In this document: positions 28,343 through 43,500 of the stretch, in pieces | How positions within the stretch are numbered: position 1 is the first letter of the stretch | Layout of the letters: each line of letters begins with the position of its first letter | Source of the DNA: Eledone cirrhosa | Taxonomy: Eukaryota | Reading direction: 5' to 3' | NCBI GenBank assembly: GCA_964016885.1 | Contig: OZ024741.1 | Span: 54,808,001 to 54,872,000 of the forward strand | Length of the DNA stretch: 64,000 nt | Made by a program: the position numbers and the translations under genes | The notes under the pieces: model-generated | Database searches by the model: none | What the model was told of the DNA's origin: nothing | What the model saw: the letters and a program-made list of their open reading frames with translations, nothing else

Positions 28343-29597
28343 ATACAAGTTAATATAAATTAATATATATGATAAACACTAATACAATCATATTAGTGTT
28401 TGTATTGTAAATGACCAAGTTAGCTAGATTGAAAAATACTAATTATATAAATACAGTTTGCCTGTCTCGATTTAAAACAATAAATCAATAAAAACAAACC
28501 CATATTGGCAATAGCCGTGGTACTTGGACAAATTTAAATTTCAAAATCCAAACCTGTTCCGTAGATAAGTTTAAACTTCAAAATCCACATAAGTTTCGAT
28601 AGTTGAAAAAGTGAAAAAATACCATTTTCAGTTCTCATCAGCAAGTACCCAGAAAATTGGTATGTTTCACCTCAAAATATTTAAGAAGACTGATCAACGC
28701 ACATGGTTTCTCAGTGTCTAGCCACCGTATTATCGTGCTGCTAGAAATAACAGCCGTTTTTATGGGGTTAAAATTAGCTCGACAGAAGGAGCCGTAATAC
28801 TATAAATATAGAGTTATAAACTCAAACAGTCTTTTACAGTTAAATAGCTCAAAGAAAGAAATATTTCTGAGCCGTGAAATACAAGTTAATATAAATTAAT
28901 ATATATGATAAACACTAATACAATCATATTAGTGTTTGTATTGTAAATGACCAAGTTAGCTAGATTGAAAAATACTAATTATATAAATACAGTTTGCCTG
29001 TCTCGATTTAAAACAATAAATCAATAAAAACAAACCCATATTGGCAATAGCCGTGGTACTTGGACAAATTTAAATTTCAAAATCCAAACCTGTTCCGTAG
29101 ATAAGTTTAAACTTCAAAATCCATATAAGTTTCGATAGTTGAAAAAGTGAAAAAATACCATTTTCAGTTCTCATCAGCAAGTACCCAGAAAATTGGTATG
29201 TTTCACCTCAAAATATTTAAGACTGATCAACGCACATGGTTTCTCAGTGTCTAGCTACCGCATACTCGTGCTGCTAGAAATAACAGCCGTTTTTATGGGG
29301 TTAAAATTAGCTCGACAGAAGGAGCCGTAATACTATAAATATAGAGTTATAAACTCAAACAGTCTTTTATTGATTTATTGTTTTAAATCGAGACAGGCAA
29401 ACTGTATTTATATAATTAGTATTTTTCAATCTAGCTAACTTGGTTATTTACAATACAAACACTAATATGATTGTATTAGTGTTTATCACATATATTAATT
29501 TATATTAACTTGTATTTCATGGCTCAGAAATATTTCTTTCTTTGAGCTATTTAATTGTAAAAGACTGTTTGAGTTTATAACTCTATATTTATAGTAT
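28343..29597 (-). repeat. Tandem ~536-bp non-coding dimer plus inverted junction-spanning copy; HHR-like core in each unit
   Basis: Units start at 28343 and 28879; 29369-29597 is the reverse complement of ~28798-29026; CTGATGA..GAAA ctt..aag TT at 28570-28646 and 29106-29182. Confidence 0.85.
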
Positions 29598-29734
29598 ATA
29601 TATATATATATATATATATTTACATACATATATGTATATATTCAAATGAGAAAATTGGTTGATTCAAAATTCTGCCGACATTCTCAAGCACTCCATCGTT
29701 TTTGTTGATCTGAAGTTTTATCATAATAATTATC

Positions 29735-31415
29735 AAGAAAGACGGTTTCATTTGTCCATTCCTATATATTTTGTTATACGTATTTTGAAGACGTATGGTA
29801 GTTGTATAACAGCTGCCCTACGTGCTCTCTTCAGACAAAAATCCAAACGAGATGTAAATAGCCATTGATATATTACCGGTCATATGTGTTATTCACTTTG
29901 TCGACCAGTAAGCATATGTCCGGAAATTTTCAGCAGCAGTTCTTATATGAGTAGGAGATAGATATTCCAATTGGCGTTTCTGCTTGTGAACTGGATAGGG
30001 TATCAACTTACCAGATTGGTCGTTTAATTCTTAGTGAGGCATGTATGAACAGTTAGTCTATCTTTCATTGTTTTAATTTATACTAGATTGTATTCACTTA
30101 GATACTAATTCTAATTTTAGATATTTGTACTTTGAGGCTGAAGTTATAATCTATGTATATATTAATAATCCACCCCACTCCTTCGGACTACAAAATAACA
30201 TAGCTAGGCTTTTTTAGCGCATTGGATAGGTGGTTTCCTAGATCACATGAATACACTCAAATCTTTAACCGACACGCAATTAAACTTTCTTACTCGACAA
30301 CCCAGAATATAGCGAAAATTAGCAATTGAAATCTGGGAATTAAACATAGGGCGATAACTCACAATAGCAAACATAGAAACACTGATAGATTAAACAGCAA
30401 CTCGAATAACAGGGATAAGACCATTAATATAAATGATATAAACTAACGGACACACAGGCACAGGGAGGGAACGTAAATAATTGCAATTGCAGAAATTGTA
30501 ATAATTGCCCAATAAGAAATAACTGTTTAGAGAATGATATTGTTTCTGAATACGAAGTAAAAACGAGTAGTAAGACTGATAGATATATTGGTGCAACTTC
30601 TACTAGATTCAAGGAAATGTGGTACAACCATCGCCACTCATTTAAAAGATCTGATAAAAGATCTAGCACGGCCCTGTCGGAACTGATTTGGTCACTAAGA
30701 ATAAACAAGTTGAATATTCCCTTTCTTGGTCAAAACTCTCACATACTTTTCCATACGTAAATAGATCTATATCTAGGGGCTGTGACTTCTGTACCACAGA
30801 GACTATCCATCCACATCATAGATAGTAGACACAAAAGTATCAATAAATGCTCCAAATTTGTAATTCTTGTTTACACAAAATCAATAAGACATTTCGTAGA
30901 GTATATAGTTAAAACTTAAATAACGTTAAATAGACCACCAAATAAGTAATTCAACATTCATTAATATATAGATACATTATAACACGAGCATCAAAGTACA
31001 AATATCTAAAATTAGAATTAGTATCTAAGTGAATAGAATCTAGTATAAAATTTAAAAAATGAAGAAATAAAAAAATAAAAAATAGTCTAATAGTTCCTAC
31101 ATGCCTCACTATGAATCAAGCGACCAATCTGGTAAGTTGATACCCTATCCAGTTCACAAGCAGCAACGCCAATTGGAATATTTATCTCCCACTCATGTAA
31201 GAACTACTACTGAACATTTTCGGACATATGCTTACTGGTTGGCGAAGGTAATAACACATATGACCGGTAACATATCAATGGATATTTACATCCCGTTTGG
31301 ATTTTGGTCTGAAGAGAACACGTAGGGCAGTTGTTATACAACTTCCTTACGACGTCTTTGAAATAGGTATAATAAAATAAATAGGGATAGACAAATGAAA
31401 CCGGATTTCTTATTA
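29735..31415 (+). mobile_element. 5'-truncated Hydra-group-like PLE with inverted pLTRs, each with a hammerhead
   Basis: Arms 29735-30135 and 30991-31415; NPPHS..IFNRHAIKLSYS..CNCRNCNNCP..YIGATSTRFK..CDFC between them; HHR at 29769-29840(-, G12A) and 31302-31377(+). Confidence 0.85.
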
Positions 31416-31713
31416 TATATATATGTGCGTGTGTGTGTCCACGTTTGCTAGCCTCCTGTTAACCGCCAATCGCATGATATTTCTTCCATTTGAAATTATA
31501 GCTGATAGCGAACACGGAAGAGTGTTTCTGTCTTAAATTTTCTTTCTTGACTGAGAAAAGTCTCCTGATGATTTGAGATTTCTCACAATACTCTGTGTAT
31601 TGTTATTTTTACAGTAGGGACATTAAAGTAAGTGAAGATTTTTTTTTTGTTATCTTGTTTGCTTTTCCCAGATATGATTATATATATATATGTGTTAGTG
31701 TGTATATATATAT

Positions 31714-32875
31714 ATCTATCTAAGGCGGGTAAAATTCCCGTGATCCATGGACGAGTTCTCTCCAGCGGTCTCTGTCCCTCATTATCGCTGCCATGTCCTG
31801 CATCTCCAACAGACCAGTGTCTGTCCTTAGGGCATCAACATACGTTAACCTTGGTCTTCCTCTTCTAGTGTGTCCATGTAGGGGCTCCCAAAGGAGCACT
31901 GAGTGCAATGTCAACTCTGGATGTCGGTGAGCATGTCCAGCCAACCTCAGTCTCCTCTGTGTCACTTTTGAGCTGACTTTTGGAATGCTCCCATACAGCT
32001 CTGAGTTTTTCATTCTCAGTGTATACTGATTAATGTTCAGAGCCATCCTCAGCATTCTCGTGTAGCACCCATCCACCATCTGAGCGAGTTTCTTGGTCAG
32101 TGTCCAAGTCTCAGACCCATACAGCAGCACAGACTCCACTACAGCAATGAAGAGGCGGATTTTCAGGTCTCTACGAAGGTCCGACTTCCACACCGATCTC
32201 AAGCTGTGGCACGCCGCCCAGGCCTTGCTCTTCCTCTCAACCACATCATCTTCCGTATTCCCAATCTTTGCTCCCAAATACAGGAAGTCCTCAACCAATT
32301 CCAGCGGCTTCCCGCATACATTAGTGATCCCCTCTGGCTTCTCAACATTCTCCACCAGATATTTTGTTTTAGTCTCATTCATTCTCAGCCCCACACTCAT
32401 CGACACAGTCTCAACCTCCCGCGTCAAATCCTCTGCCTCCTTCACTGTATTTGTCACCAAAACTATGTCGTCGGCAAATTCAGCATCCGATACATTTTCC
32501 GCCCTAACTCTCCTGCTCTGAGCCGGTGCTACAGTAAAGCCAGAGTCCTGGTGTTTCTCCAGTGCAAGGCGCATTCAATAGTCCACTACGATGATAAAAA
32601 GGTAGGGAGCCAATGTATCTCCCTGGAGCACTCCAGCCAGTATCTCAAAGAACTCTGTCATCCCATCAGGTGTAATGACTTGGGCTTTGGTGTTGGTGTA
32701 GAGCAGTGATATCAGGTCCACTATCTTCTTGGGGATTCCATAAGCCTGTAAGATCTTCATCAGGCAGTAACGGTCCACAGAATCAAAGGCCTTCCTAAAG
32801 TCAATGAAAACCATGACCGCAGGAAGGCACTTTGCTCTAGCTCCCTCTAATATCCTCCTCAGCATCAGGATGTGA
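31714..32875 (-). mobile_element. RTE family 2, 5'-truncated, (TAGA)n tail
   Basis: FIDFRKAFD, GVLQGDTLAP, EFADD, FLYLG; ORFs 32575-32865 and 31720-32574. Confidence 0.93.
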
Positions 32876-32883
32876 CTGGTGGT

Positions 32884-32952
<69 letters not shown>

Positions 32953-32955
<3 letters not shown>

Positions 32956-34554
32956 GGGGACTGCATAGGCAGAATGGATATCGCGCCCACACGGTCACCA
33001 GTACTGTTCATCCTGCTGTATGTATGTAAATATCAGTGCGCGGGATATCCCTGAGTACATTTTCTTGACCATCAATTGTTAATCAATTGTTTGTTATTTA
33101 GGCAAGAATGTACCATTGTGTCTGTGCTAGTCCTATGTGTTGCTGTGTGTGTGTAAAGTATCCGAGCGCGGGATATCCCTGAGCTAATTTTGCCTGACCG
33201 TTAATAGTGTTCTGATTACTTGTTGATTGGGCAGGAATATATATTGTTGTCTTTGTTGATCCTGTATCAATAACTTTGTGATAACTTGAGCTAATTTTGC
33301 CTGACCGTTAATAGTGTTCTGATTACTTGTTGATTGGGCAGGAATATATATTGTTGTCTTTGTTGATCCTGTATCAATAACTTTGTGATAATTTTGTAAT
33401 AATTTTATGATAATTTTGTAATAATTTTGCGATAATTTTATGATAATTTGATAATTTCGTAATGATTTTGTGGTAATTTTGTGATGATTTGATAATTTTG
33501 TAATAATTTTGTAATAATTTTTAAACTTGTATCAATAATTTTAGAATGTTTTTTTTGTGATAATACATGGTTAGATCACTGAAGCTACCTTATACCTTCT
33601 TAAAGATACATTTTATAATTATTGTCTTTTTACTTATGTATTTTCTTAGTTACCACCTTCTTTAATCTTGCCCAACTTGATAAACTCCTTGAATTGCTCC
33701 CTAATTAAATTACTTAAATTGCTTAGATTATTGTATCTATTATGCCTAAGTTGTATCTGTTGAAGCAGCCCTTTGAAAATTCCTCGGATATCCCAAATAC
33801 CGTAATTTTTAATTTTTAACTTTTAATGTATAATTTTCCTCAATTCGTTTTTATATTTATCCTTAAAGGCTCTCTAAAATTTTAATTCTTCGAAGGGTCT
33901 CTCGGAAGAAGTTCCTATTGGAGATATTAAAGGGGCCTTTTCTGAGAGATTTATGGAAGGCTCTCTGAATTAACCTCTAATTGATTAGTTTCTTTCAACC
34001 TAGTTTTCAGTTCAGTTTTCTGAATTTTGTAAACGTGATCTCGGGGGTAGAAGGTTTTTTTCTTTCGGAAAAAATTTTTTTTCTCTAGAAGAAATTTCAT
34101 AGGAACTTTATATATTTTTTAGGGAAACTTTATATTTTTATTTTCTTATTTTATTAGCCTCTTAATTTTCTTCTAGTCTAATAGGTTTATTGGAGCCTGT
34201 AAGCTTTATGCACTCATTGAGGGATTTTCTAAGGTGCTTCTACGGGTCCCCAAGTCTTTTAGTTTAAGGTTGATGCGTAAATTATATATTTTTGTCTAAT
34301 TTTTAAACTTCAATCCCTGACCCCGACAACTAATATAAAAGAGCCCCCCTTAGAATATTGACCCCAACTATACAAGCGGAGTTGCTGATGTATACAACAA
34401 TTTCAAACTGCTAGCCTTGAGTGATACGTTGATGTAAACAATGATCTTGCAATCACATGTTATATGCCTTGATAAGTCCCACCATGGGTCGGACGAAACG
34501 GCTGTCGGCAATAAACTTGTTATAATGTCATAATAGTTCCTTTGTTCTTTTTCA

Positions 34555-34560
<6 letters not shown>
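32953..34560 (+). mobile_element. Longer family B copy with 5' tandem subrepeats and U3:A8 hammerhead
   Basis: ~33520-34560 homologous to the palindrome arms; ~110-125-bp subrepeats at 33040-33395; (TA)n flanks. Confidence 0.8.
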
Positions 34561-34623
<63 letters not shown>

Positions 34624-34626
<3 letters not shown>

Positions 34627-36323
34627 GGAGGTGAGTTTTATTGTAGTACAATAAAGCAATGCAGATATCGGATAAGAAGCACTCTACAGTTTGTAGGACT
34701 GGAGTATACATAATATATAAGAACAAAAGATGGTTAAAGGAGTTCCATGTATTTTATTATGCGCATTTCAAAAACAAATATCATCATGCAATAATATTTG
34801 TGTTTTCATCAGATAAAACAGGAAGACATGATATGAAGGTTAAAAAACACTTGTGGATAGTGCAGTTTTAAATCAACATATGAAAAGTAGTTTTAGATTG
34901 ATGTGTGATATTGGGAAAAATATTTATTTTGAGGGGGGGGGGATGAAAAAGAGGAGGAGATGAGAGTAAAAAGTGGAGAGGGGGGAGTATAATGAGGAAG
35001 GATGAGATAGGAGGAGAGATGGGTGATAGAGAGAGAGATAGCTTTTATAACTGAGAAAGATATATTGTTTTACATAGAGAGGTTGAAAACCGTTGGAAGA
35101 TAATGTATAAATTAAAAGAATTTGAAAATTAACGAAGAGAAAAATAATGTAAAGTTAAGGTTTGTATATTGAGGGGTTTAATAATATGTGCGATGAAAAG
35201 AAAATGTTAATATGTATTAAGAATAATATTTAAGGGTTTAATAACATGTGCGATGGAAAAGAAAAAGTTAATATGTATTAGGAATGATATTAAGGGTTTA
35301 ATAATATGTGCGATGGAAAGAAAATGTTGAAATGTATTATTAAAAAGAATAACAGGTCATTTAAGTAAGGACATATTGTGAGATGAGCATGAATGATTTA
35401 GATGAAAAGGAGAAAAAAATAATGAATTGAGGATGAATAATCTAACGTCAAAAAAAATGTTTGTTTACGATAGATTTTTACAAGGTGATATAGAGTAAGA
35501 ATGTATTGTATTATGTAATAATTGATTCTATGTTAGGCAACAGTGAGAAAAGGTACAGATTAGGGGTTAGACATTAAAAGAAAAAGAAAAGAAAGGGAAG
35601 TGATAAATAGGAGCGATATATAGAATGAGTAACAAGTATTATAGAATGTATAATAACCTTTGAAATAAGGTAGAAAGATGGGTATATTTTTAAAGAAGTG
35701 TATATATATATATGTGCCTTTGAGAAAAAGATTCTAAATTGATAAAGAATATTAGCTGTATACTTTGTGGAATGTTTTGTGGAATTTATGCAAGCAGATA
35801 GAAAACAAGTCAGTGCGTCTATTTATTATAGAATCTAAATTAGATATAATGGTAAATTTTTCATTTAGACAGAGATTGCAAATTTTGGATAGAGAACTGT
35901 TCATGAAGACGCAGAAGAAACCTTCTTCCAAAAGATACATTATCTTCCAACGGTTTTCAACCTCTCTATGTAAAACAATATATCTTTCTCAGTTATAAAA
36001 GCTATCTCTCTCTCTCTATCACCCATCTCTCCTCCTATCTCATCCTTCCTCATTATACTCCTCCCTCTCCACTTTTTACTCTCATCACCTCCTCTTTTTC
36101 ACACCCCCCCTCAAAATAAATATTTTTCCCAATATCACACATCAATCTAAAACTACTTTTCATATGTTGATTTAAAACTGCACTATCCACAAGTGTTTTT
36201 TAACCTTCATATCATGTCTTCCTGTTTTATCTGATGAAAACACAAATATTATTGCATGATGATATTTGTTTTTGAAATTCGCATAATAAAATACATGGAA
36301 CTCTTTTAACCATCTTTTGTTCT

Positions 36324-36335
<12 letters not shown>
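34624..36335 (-). mobile_element. Family C PLE: GIY-YIG tail, long 3' region and inverted pLTR
   Basis: CNLCLNEK..INRRTDLFSICLH (35752-35940, minus); 35941-36335 is the reverse complement of ~34710-35105; HHR at 34750-34820(-) and 36223-36292(+). Confidence 0.85.
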
Positions 36336-36367
<32 letters not shown>

Positions 36368-36843
36368 TGTAACTCGATTTCGAGTAATGCTATCGCTTAA
36401 TACTTAAGAAGATATCAGATACCATGCGATGTCTGTGCTTGAAGCGTTTATAAATGAGGAAAGGCTTTGCTCGGAACCAATCCCACCCTCTGAACATCGA
36501 ATGTAAAAGAAGGTAGGACTGGTCTACATCATTGGATGCAAATTGAACTCGCAGGTTTTACATCAAAGTGAGCTTCTCCTACAGAGATGTCTTAATGAAA
36601 ACTAAGAGTCTCTCACTCCACTACACACTTCAAAAATAATTTTGAATTATTTGATGGCAGTTGAATCTCCTGATGGTTTTTATTTTTCAACTCGCTGAAT
36701 GTGCAAAATCACTCTCCTCACCAAGCAAGTAAGCTTGATGGGGTTGTCTGTTTAGTCGTCGAAAATCAGACCATGCACAGGATATACTGAGTTACATGTT
36801 ACCAGTAGCACTGAAGAACGACCTGAGACCTGAGACATAAATC

Positions 36844-36940
<97 letters not shown>

Positions 36941-37405
36941 ATAGAGGTGTAACACACAAGTTATTATATATTGATAAACGGAAAAGAAAATGCTGACAAA
37001 TTGTTCACAGTTGAAAAATGGTTTAATTAGGAATAAAAGATTATTAGTGATTGTATGGGTTAGAATTTTAACAACTAATTAATCGTAAATACACGTACCA
37101 TTAGATATATACTTAGAATATATTCCCCAAAATTAACCTTATATGTGCTTTATTCATCCTCTTGTTAATTTCTTCTCTCTATCTCTCTCGTAATATTTTA
37201 TATTTTTTCTCTCTTTCTCTCTTTTTTCCCTCTCTCTTTCCTCAGTGACATTTAAATAAACGGTTGTTTTTCAATTATTTACATATTCATGTGCATATCG
37301 CACATAAGTTTGAATAATCCCTAATATATTTCCACTATCCAGTGAATTTCCAACCGATAAGGTATGATTTTCATGGGTATGTCTCTATTTATAAAACAAA
37401 TTTTG

Positions 37406-37470
37406 TATTTTATCTGATGAAAGCGTACCAATGTTGTCTTGGTTGCCCTTGAAATATATATAATAAAATA
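37406..37470 (+). ncRNA. Type I minimal hammerhead ribozyme
   Basis: tattttat CTGATGA aagc..cctt GAAA tatata TA ataaaata. Confidence 0.75.
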
Positions 37471-37609
37471 AATATGGTTTTATAAATATAGTTTCCATTT
37501 ATTTAATATCATTGAATATTTACTCCAGTAACTGTTGAGTGCTCTAAATAAGTTATAACCATTTATATTTGTCGGACTTCCAACAAATTAAATACCACTT
37601 ATACTTATA

Positions 37610-37689
<80 letters not shown>

Positions 37690-38145
37690 CTTAGAAGGGA
37701 CAAGGTGCTGTATGGTTATCAATAAATATGTTTAGAAATGTTCGGACAACATAAACAATGGACAGATCCCCTCTTCAGTCTTCTGCGGTGGGTCTCGGAC
37801 GTATTGACGCATCAGATACAATACGTCTATCCACAGTGCGTCAATAACAGGGAAGTTATTGGGGAAGGAAAACGCAACGGTATGTTTTCTTTCAGTGTGT
37901 TTTTTCTTCTTTTTTTCTTCTGTTTCTTTTTGTTCTTTCTCTTCACCATCGTTTCCTTGTCTTTCCCTTACCCAATAACTTCCCAGTTACTGACGTACTG
38001 TGGATAGACGTATTGTCTTTGGTGCGTCGAAACATGCGAGACCCACACCAGATAACTGAAGAAGGAATTTGTCCTTTCTTTGTGTTTTCCGTACATTCTA
38101 AACACTCATTATTAGTAACCACACAGCACCTTGTTCCTTCTAAAC
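37690..38145. repeat. Diverged fold-back (arms ~37690-37870 and ~37962-38143)
   Basis: Reverse-complement similarity such as aatacgtctatccacag / ctgtggatagacgtatt; next to (TA)n. Confidence 0.7.
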
Positions 38146-38294
38146 TTTTATTAATTTATTGGTGTGACCCTCATTCTATTATCTCTATCTCACGTACCCC
38201 CCCCCCCCACTCCCTCTCTCTCTCCCACTCACGTATCCTTTTTCTCCCTGCTCCCTTACTACTTCCGTTTTCCTTTGTCTCTCCCTCTTTACGC

Positions 38295-39190
<896 letters not shown>

Positions 39191-39252
39191 ACCCAAGGCT
39201 CTGATACCATCAACACTATAAACACAGAGCTGGCATATCTAAGAATTGACTA

Positions 39253-39308
39253 ACTGCCTCATGAGGTCATAGCCATTCAATGGCTATCACCGAAATATAT
39301 ATAGCAGT
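39253..39308 (+). ncRNA. Type I hammerhead with G5C substitution (probably inactive)
   Basis: actgc CTCATGA gg..atagcca ttcaa tggctat..cc GAAA tatata TA gcagt. Confidence 0.65.
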
Positions 39309-39566
39309 AAATAAAGGATTATGAGTTCATGCAATTGACTTATGTTTCGTCACTATATATATATATAAATGAAAAATGGCGAGCTGTGATGTTGCAGATA
39401 TGATACATATAATAAAATGAAGAATTAGAAATAGAAGCCAGAACTATCCATCATCAGTGGTCTACTAGCCATCATAGGTATTTCTTCGTATTACAGACCA
39501 CATACTTCCGGCTAGGGCAATACAATAACTAAAATAAGTTATTGCGGTAAAAAGTATCGGTTGGAG

Positions 39567-39597
<31 letters not shown>

Positions 39598-39602
<5 letters not shown>

Positions 39603-40270
39603 GGCGTGCTGCGTGGTTGCAAATGGGTTACATATCAATAAAATTAGTCCTTCATCAGTGATCTTCCAGCCTTCATTGGTATTTCATCGCTTTAAAGATC
39701 ATAGACCTCTGGTTGATGCGAGCAACGGCTAAAGAAAGTCGTGGGACACGTAAATAGGGGGAACGAGCGAGACAGTAAACAAACAAAGAGGGTAATGCCA
39801 CAAAAAGTGAGAAAGAAGGAGTCAAGTCCCTGAAATCGATGAACATAAGTTTTGTGAAATCGTAGACAAGAGATAAAGACCATCGAACCTGGTTGAAATG
39901 TGAGCGAGAAAAGGATTTTGCACAGGTCAAACGGGAGGAAGTGATGGAGAGGGAGTAGCAGAGAGTGAGTAGGTGAAAGTGTGAGGAAGAGGCTAACTGA
40001 GAGATTGACTGGCAGAGGGGGGGGGGGTAAAGAGAAAGTGAGAGATACAGAGAAAGGGGAAGCAGTAAGAAAGAAACAGACGGGTCACAGCGGAGGAAAA
40101 TATATAAATATATGGAAAAATGGCGTGCTGCGTGGTTGCAAATGTCTCGCTCGTTCCCCCTATTTACGTGTCCCAACGACTTTCTTTAGCCGTTGCTCGC
40201 ACCAACAAGAGGTATATGATCTTTAAAGCGATGAAATACCAAAGGGTGGAAGATCACTGATGAAGAAATA
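39598..40270. mobile_element. Family F copy with restart of a second unit and an inverted segment
   Basis: Homologous to 15928-16560; 40118-40143 repeats the start; ~40144-40270 is the reverse complement of ~39645-39775. Confidence 0.7.
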
Positions 40271-40276
40271 ATTTTA

Positions 40277-40476
<200 letters not shown>

Positions 40477-40581
40477 TACGTATATATACATATATATACA
40501 TGTATATATATAATATGTATATAATATATATGTGGGTGTGTCTGCGTGTGTTCTGGCACGCATAGATGGGTCTATATATAG

Positions 40582-43500
40582 ATAGATAAATTTCTATTTA
40601 TTGCCACGAGGGCAAAAAAGAAGGGGACAAATACAAGGGGGGGGGGAGGTTACACAAAAGAACGAGTAAAAAATAAATAACAAATATAAAATTAACAATA
40701 AAGTCGTCAATAGGGAGGAGGCGTTTTGGGGGGTCGCACACACCCCCGAAAAAGTGTGCAACCATTTTCCTCAGGAGCACAGAGAGAGGGTGGTCCCTTG
40801 TTCTTCCATCTTTTTCACCTACAAGCTGATATATAGAGAAGGCCATTCTCGCCACTTTCACCCACATTTCATAAAACTGGCTGGGGTGGAGCACCTCTCT
40901 CCCCATCCTGATCCTTCTTCCGAAATGATATCGGAAGAAACGGACCAGTTGTTGGCCGGAGAGAAAGGTGCCCGACCTCAACCCTTTCAAACGCGTCCAC
41001 CATACAACCTCTTTCACCATGGCTATTAAGCACAGAAACACCGCCTCTCCTTCATTTTTGAAGGGGGGAGGCGTCTTGATCGTTATAATAGACTCGGTGG
41101 TCAACCGGATATGTTCCACCCGTGACAGCATTCGTTCGACATAGCCCCACAGATCGGCGACGCCCGGGCAGTGTACCAATGCATGCGCGACGGTTTCCTC
41201 GTCGCGCACGCATCTGGGACAGATCTTTTTCGAGGGGTCCCTACCCGGGTGTCCGTCTCTGTACGGCTTTTCTCGAACGGGCAAAGCCCCTCGGTAGCAC
41301 TGCCAGGCCAGGGACCTCTGGAAGTTGTCCATAGGTCCCGGGCTAATTGTCCTACCGAACAGGCTGGTCAGTTCGTCTTCCTCCATGTCTAGGGCTTCTC
41401 CGAGGGCGTCATCGCACCTGCTGCGCACCAACCCTCTATAGAATGTCGAGGTGGAGTCTCCACTGATAGCTGGGTCCGCCTGCCAGAGAGCCGTGAGCGC
41501 CTGCGCACACTCGGTGTGCCAGGTGCCCAGTTTTCTCGGTCTTTGCTTGACCCAGGATTGCAGCTCGGTGAGTGAGACGAGTCTCGGAAAGGTTCGTCTC
41601 ACAAACGGGGCCCACACTGGTTGACCGGTGAGGAATACCTGGAGGTGCCGTAGCCTTAATGCGTGTTTACGCATCAGCAGCCACGGCACCCACAACCATC
41701 CTTTCGAAGGGTGTTGACAGCAGATGGATCTCCTCACCAAAGGAGCCCGCTTCTTCCAAAGGAATTGGAAGAGTGCGCGCTCCATTTTGGTGAGTGTTTC
41801 CCTTGGGCAAGGCACGACGGTCAGGCGGTAGTAGATGACGGACGCTATATAAGTGTTCGCCAACTCCGCCCGACGTTTCAGGGATAGTTTGCACTCGGCC
41901 CACTTCTGGGTCAGTGCAAACACCCTGTTCGTTACCTCACCCCAGATCTTCTCCATCTGGAGGTCTGGTCCGAACCAGATCCCGAGCAACTTCACCGGGC
42001 CCTCCGTCCAGCGTCCGACGACGCCATCGGAGGCATCGGTTTTCCCCTCCACGTGCCGAGTTGCAAACCGATCGACTTGTCCCGGTTCAGTTTAGCCCCT
42101 GTAAATCTTTCGTACTCCTCCAGTAAAGTGCCGATCGCCCCGATTTCCGAGTTGGTCGACACCATTACTGTTACGTCATCGGCGTAGGCCGACACCGCTT
42201 TCCGCAATCCCGAGTCCAAAGGGATGCCCTGCAACAACTCCAACTTCCGCAGCAGTGGCTCGAGAGCCAATACATACAGAAGGGAGGAGAGAGGGTACCC
42301 CTGTCGGATGGACCGCGTGATTTCGAACAGCTCCGAGAGGTAGCCGTTCACCTTAACTCTAGAGCAGATGCTGCCGTTGTGCATGGCAGTGATCCAGCCC
42401 CTGAAAACGGGTCCTAAACCTGCTGCCGCTAGTACCGCATCCAGGTAACCATGGTCGACCCTATCGAATGCTTTAGATTGATCCAAGTTGATCAGGGCCC
42501 CACCAAAGCCGGGTTCGTTCCCAACCCTCGCTATGATGTATCGCATAAGGTGGAGGTTGTCGTGGATGGACCTGGACGGGATAGCACATGTCTGCGCATC
42601 TCCCACCAGGTTGCCCACGACAAGGGCCAACCTCTTTGCTAATACCTTAGCCAAAATCTTTAACTCTGCATTTACCAGAGTTATGGGCCTGAAATTACTT
42701 ATTTCGTCCGCCTTGTTCTCGTCCTTCCTCACTAGCGAGACTACACACTTGGTCACAGAACAGGGAATTCTCCCGTTCTGTTACCAGTTGCAGTAGACAG
42801 CCTCGAGGAGATTGGGAAACAAGTCCGGCATAGCTAGATATAGTTCGTATGGAAGACCATCGAGACCCGGGGGTTTGCGTTTGCCGCATTGGCTCAGCAC
42901 GTCCTCTATTTCAGCAGCTGAAATCTTCCCCTTGCAGGACTTCGCCTCCTCGTCTGAAAGACGCGGCAGGCCGTCGAGGTATGGACCAAAGTCCACATCT
43001 CCATCTGGGCCCCCCGCCCCTCCCGAACAATCGGGAAAAGTGCCTTTAAAAGGCCTCACACATCTGGTTAGGTTCAAGGATCACCCGTCTCGCAAAGACT
43101 GGATAGTGGATCTAATCCCTATTTTTGCTTCTGTCACGCGGGCCCAGCTAACAGCTTTGGTGCCCTCGTTTCCTAGAGCACGTATTTTGCTTCGGACAAC
43201 GCAGCCTTCGTGCTTCGCGTCAAAGAACTGGCCCAAGGTCGTTCTCGACGCTAGCACTCTGGTCACGTCGCCGCTTCTAATTGCCTCTTCTACACTATCT
43301 TACAACTCCCTTTCCTTCCTATTTCTATCTGAGGCTAACTCCTTACTAAATCCTATTGAAACTACTCTAATCTCTCTTTTGAGAGATTCCCACCACCTAC
43401 TGTTGACGATCGCTCTCGTCAACCGCTCCTTAACCAAAGTACTAACCCGGTTCCTGTACACTTTACTTGCCGGTAAGGACAAGTTCAGTTTCCAGTAACC

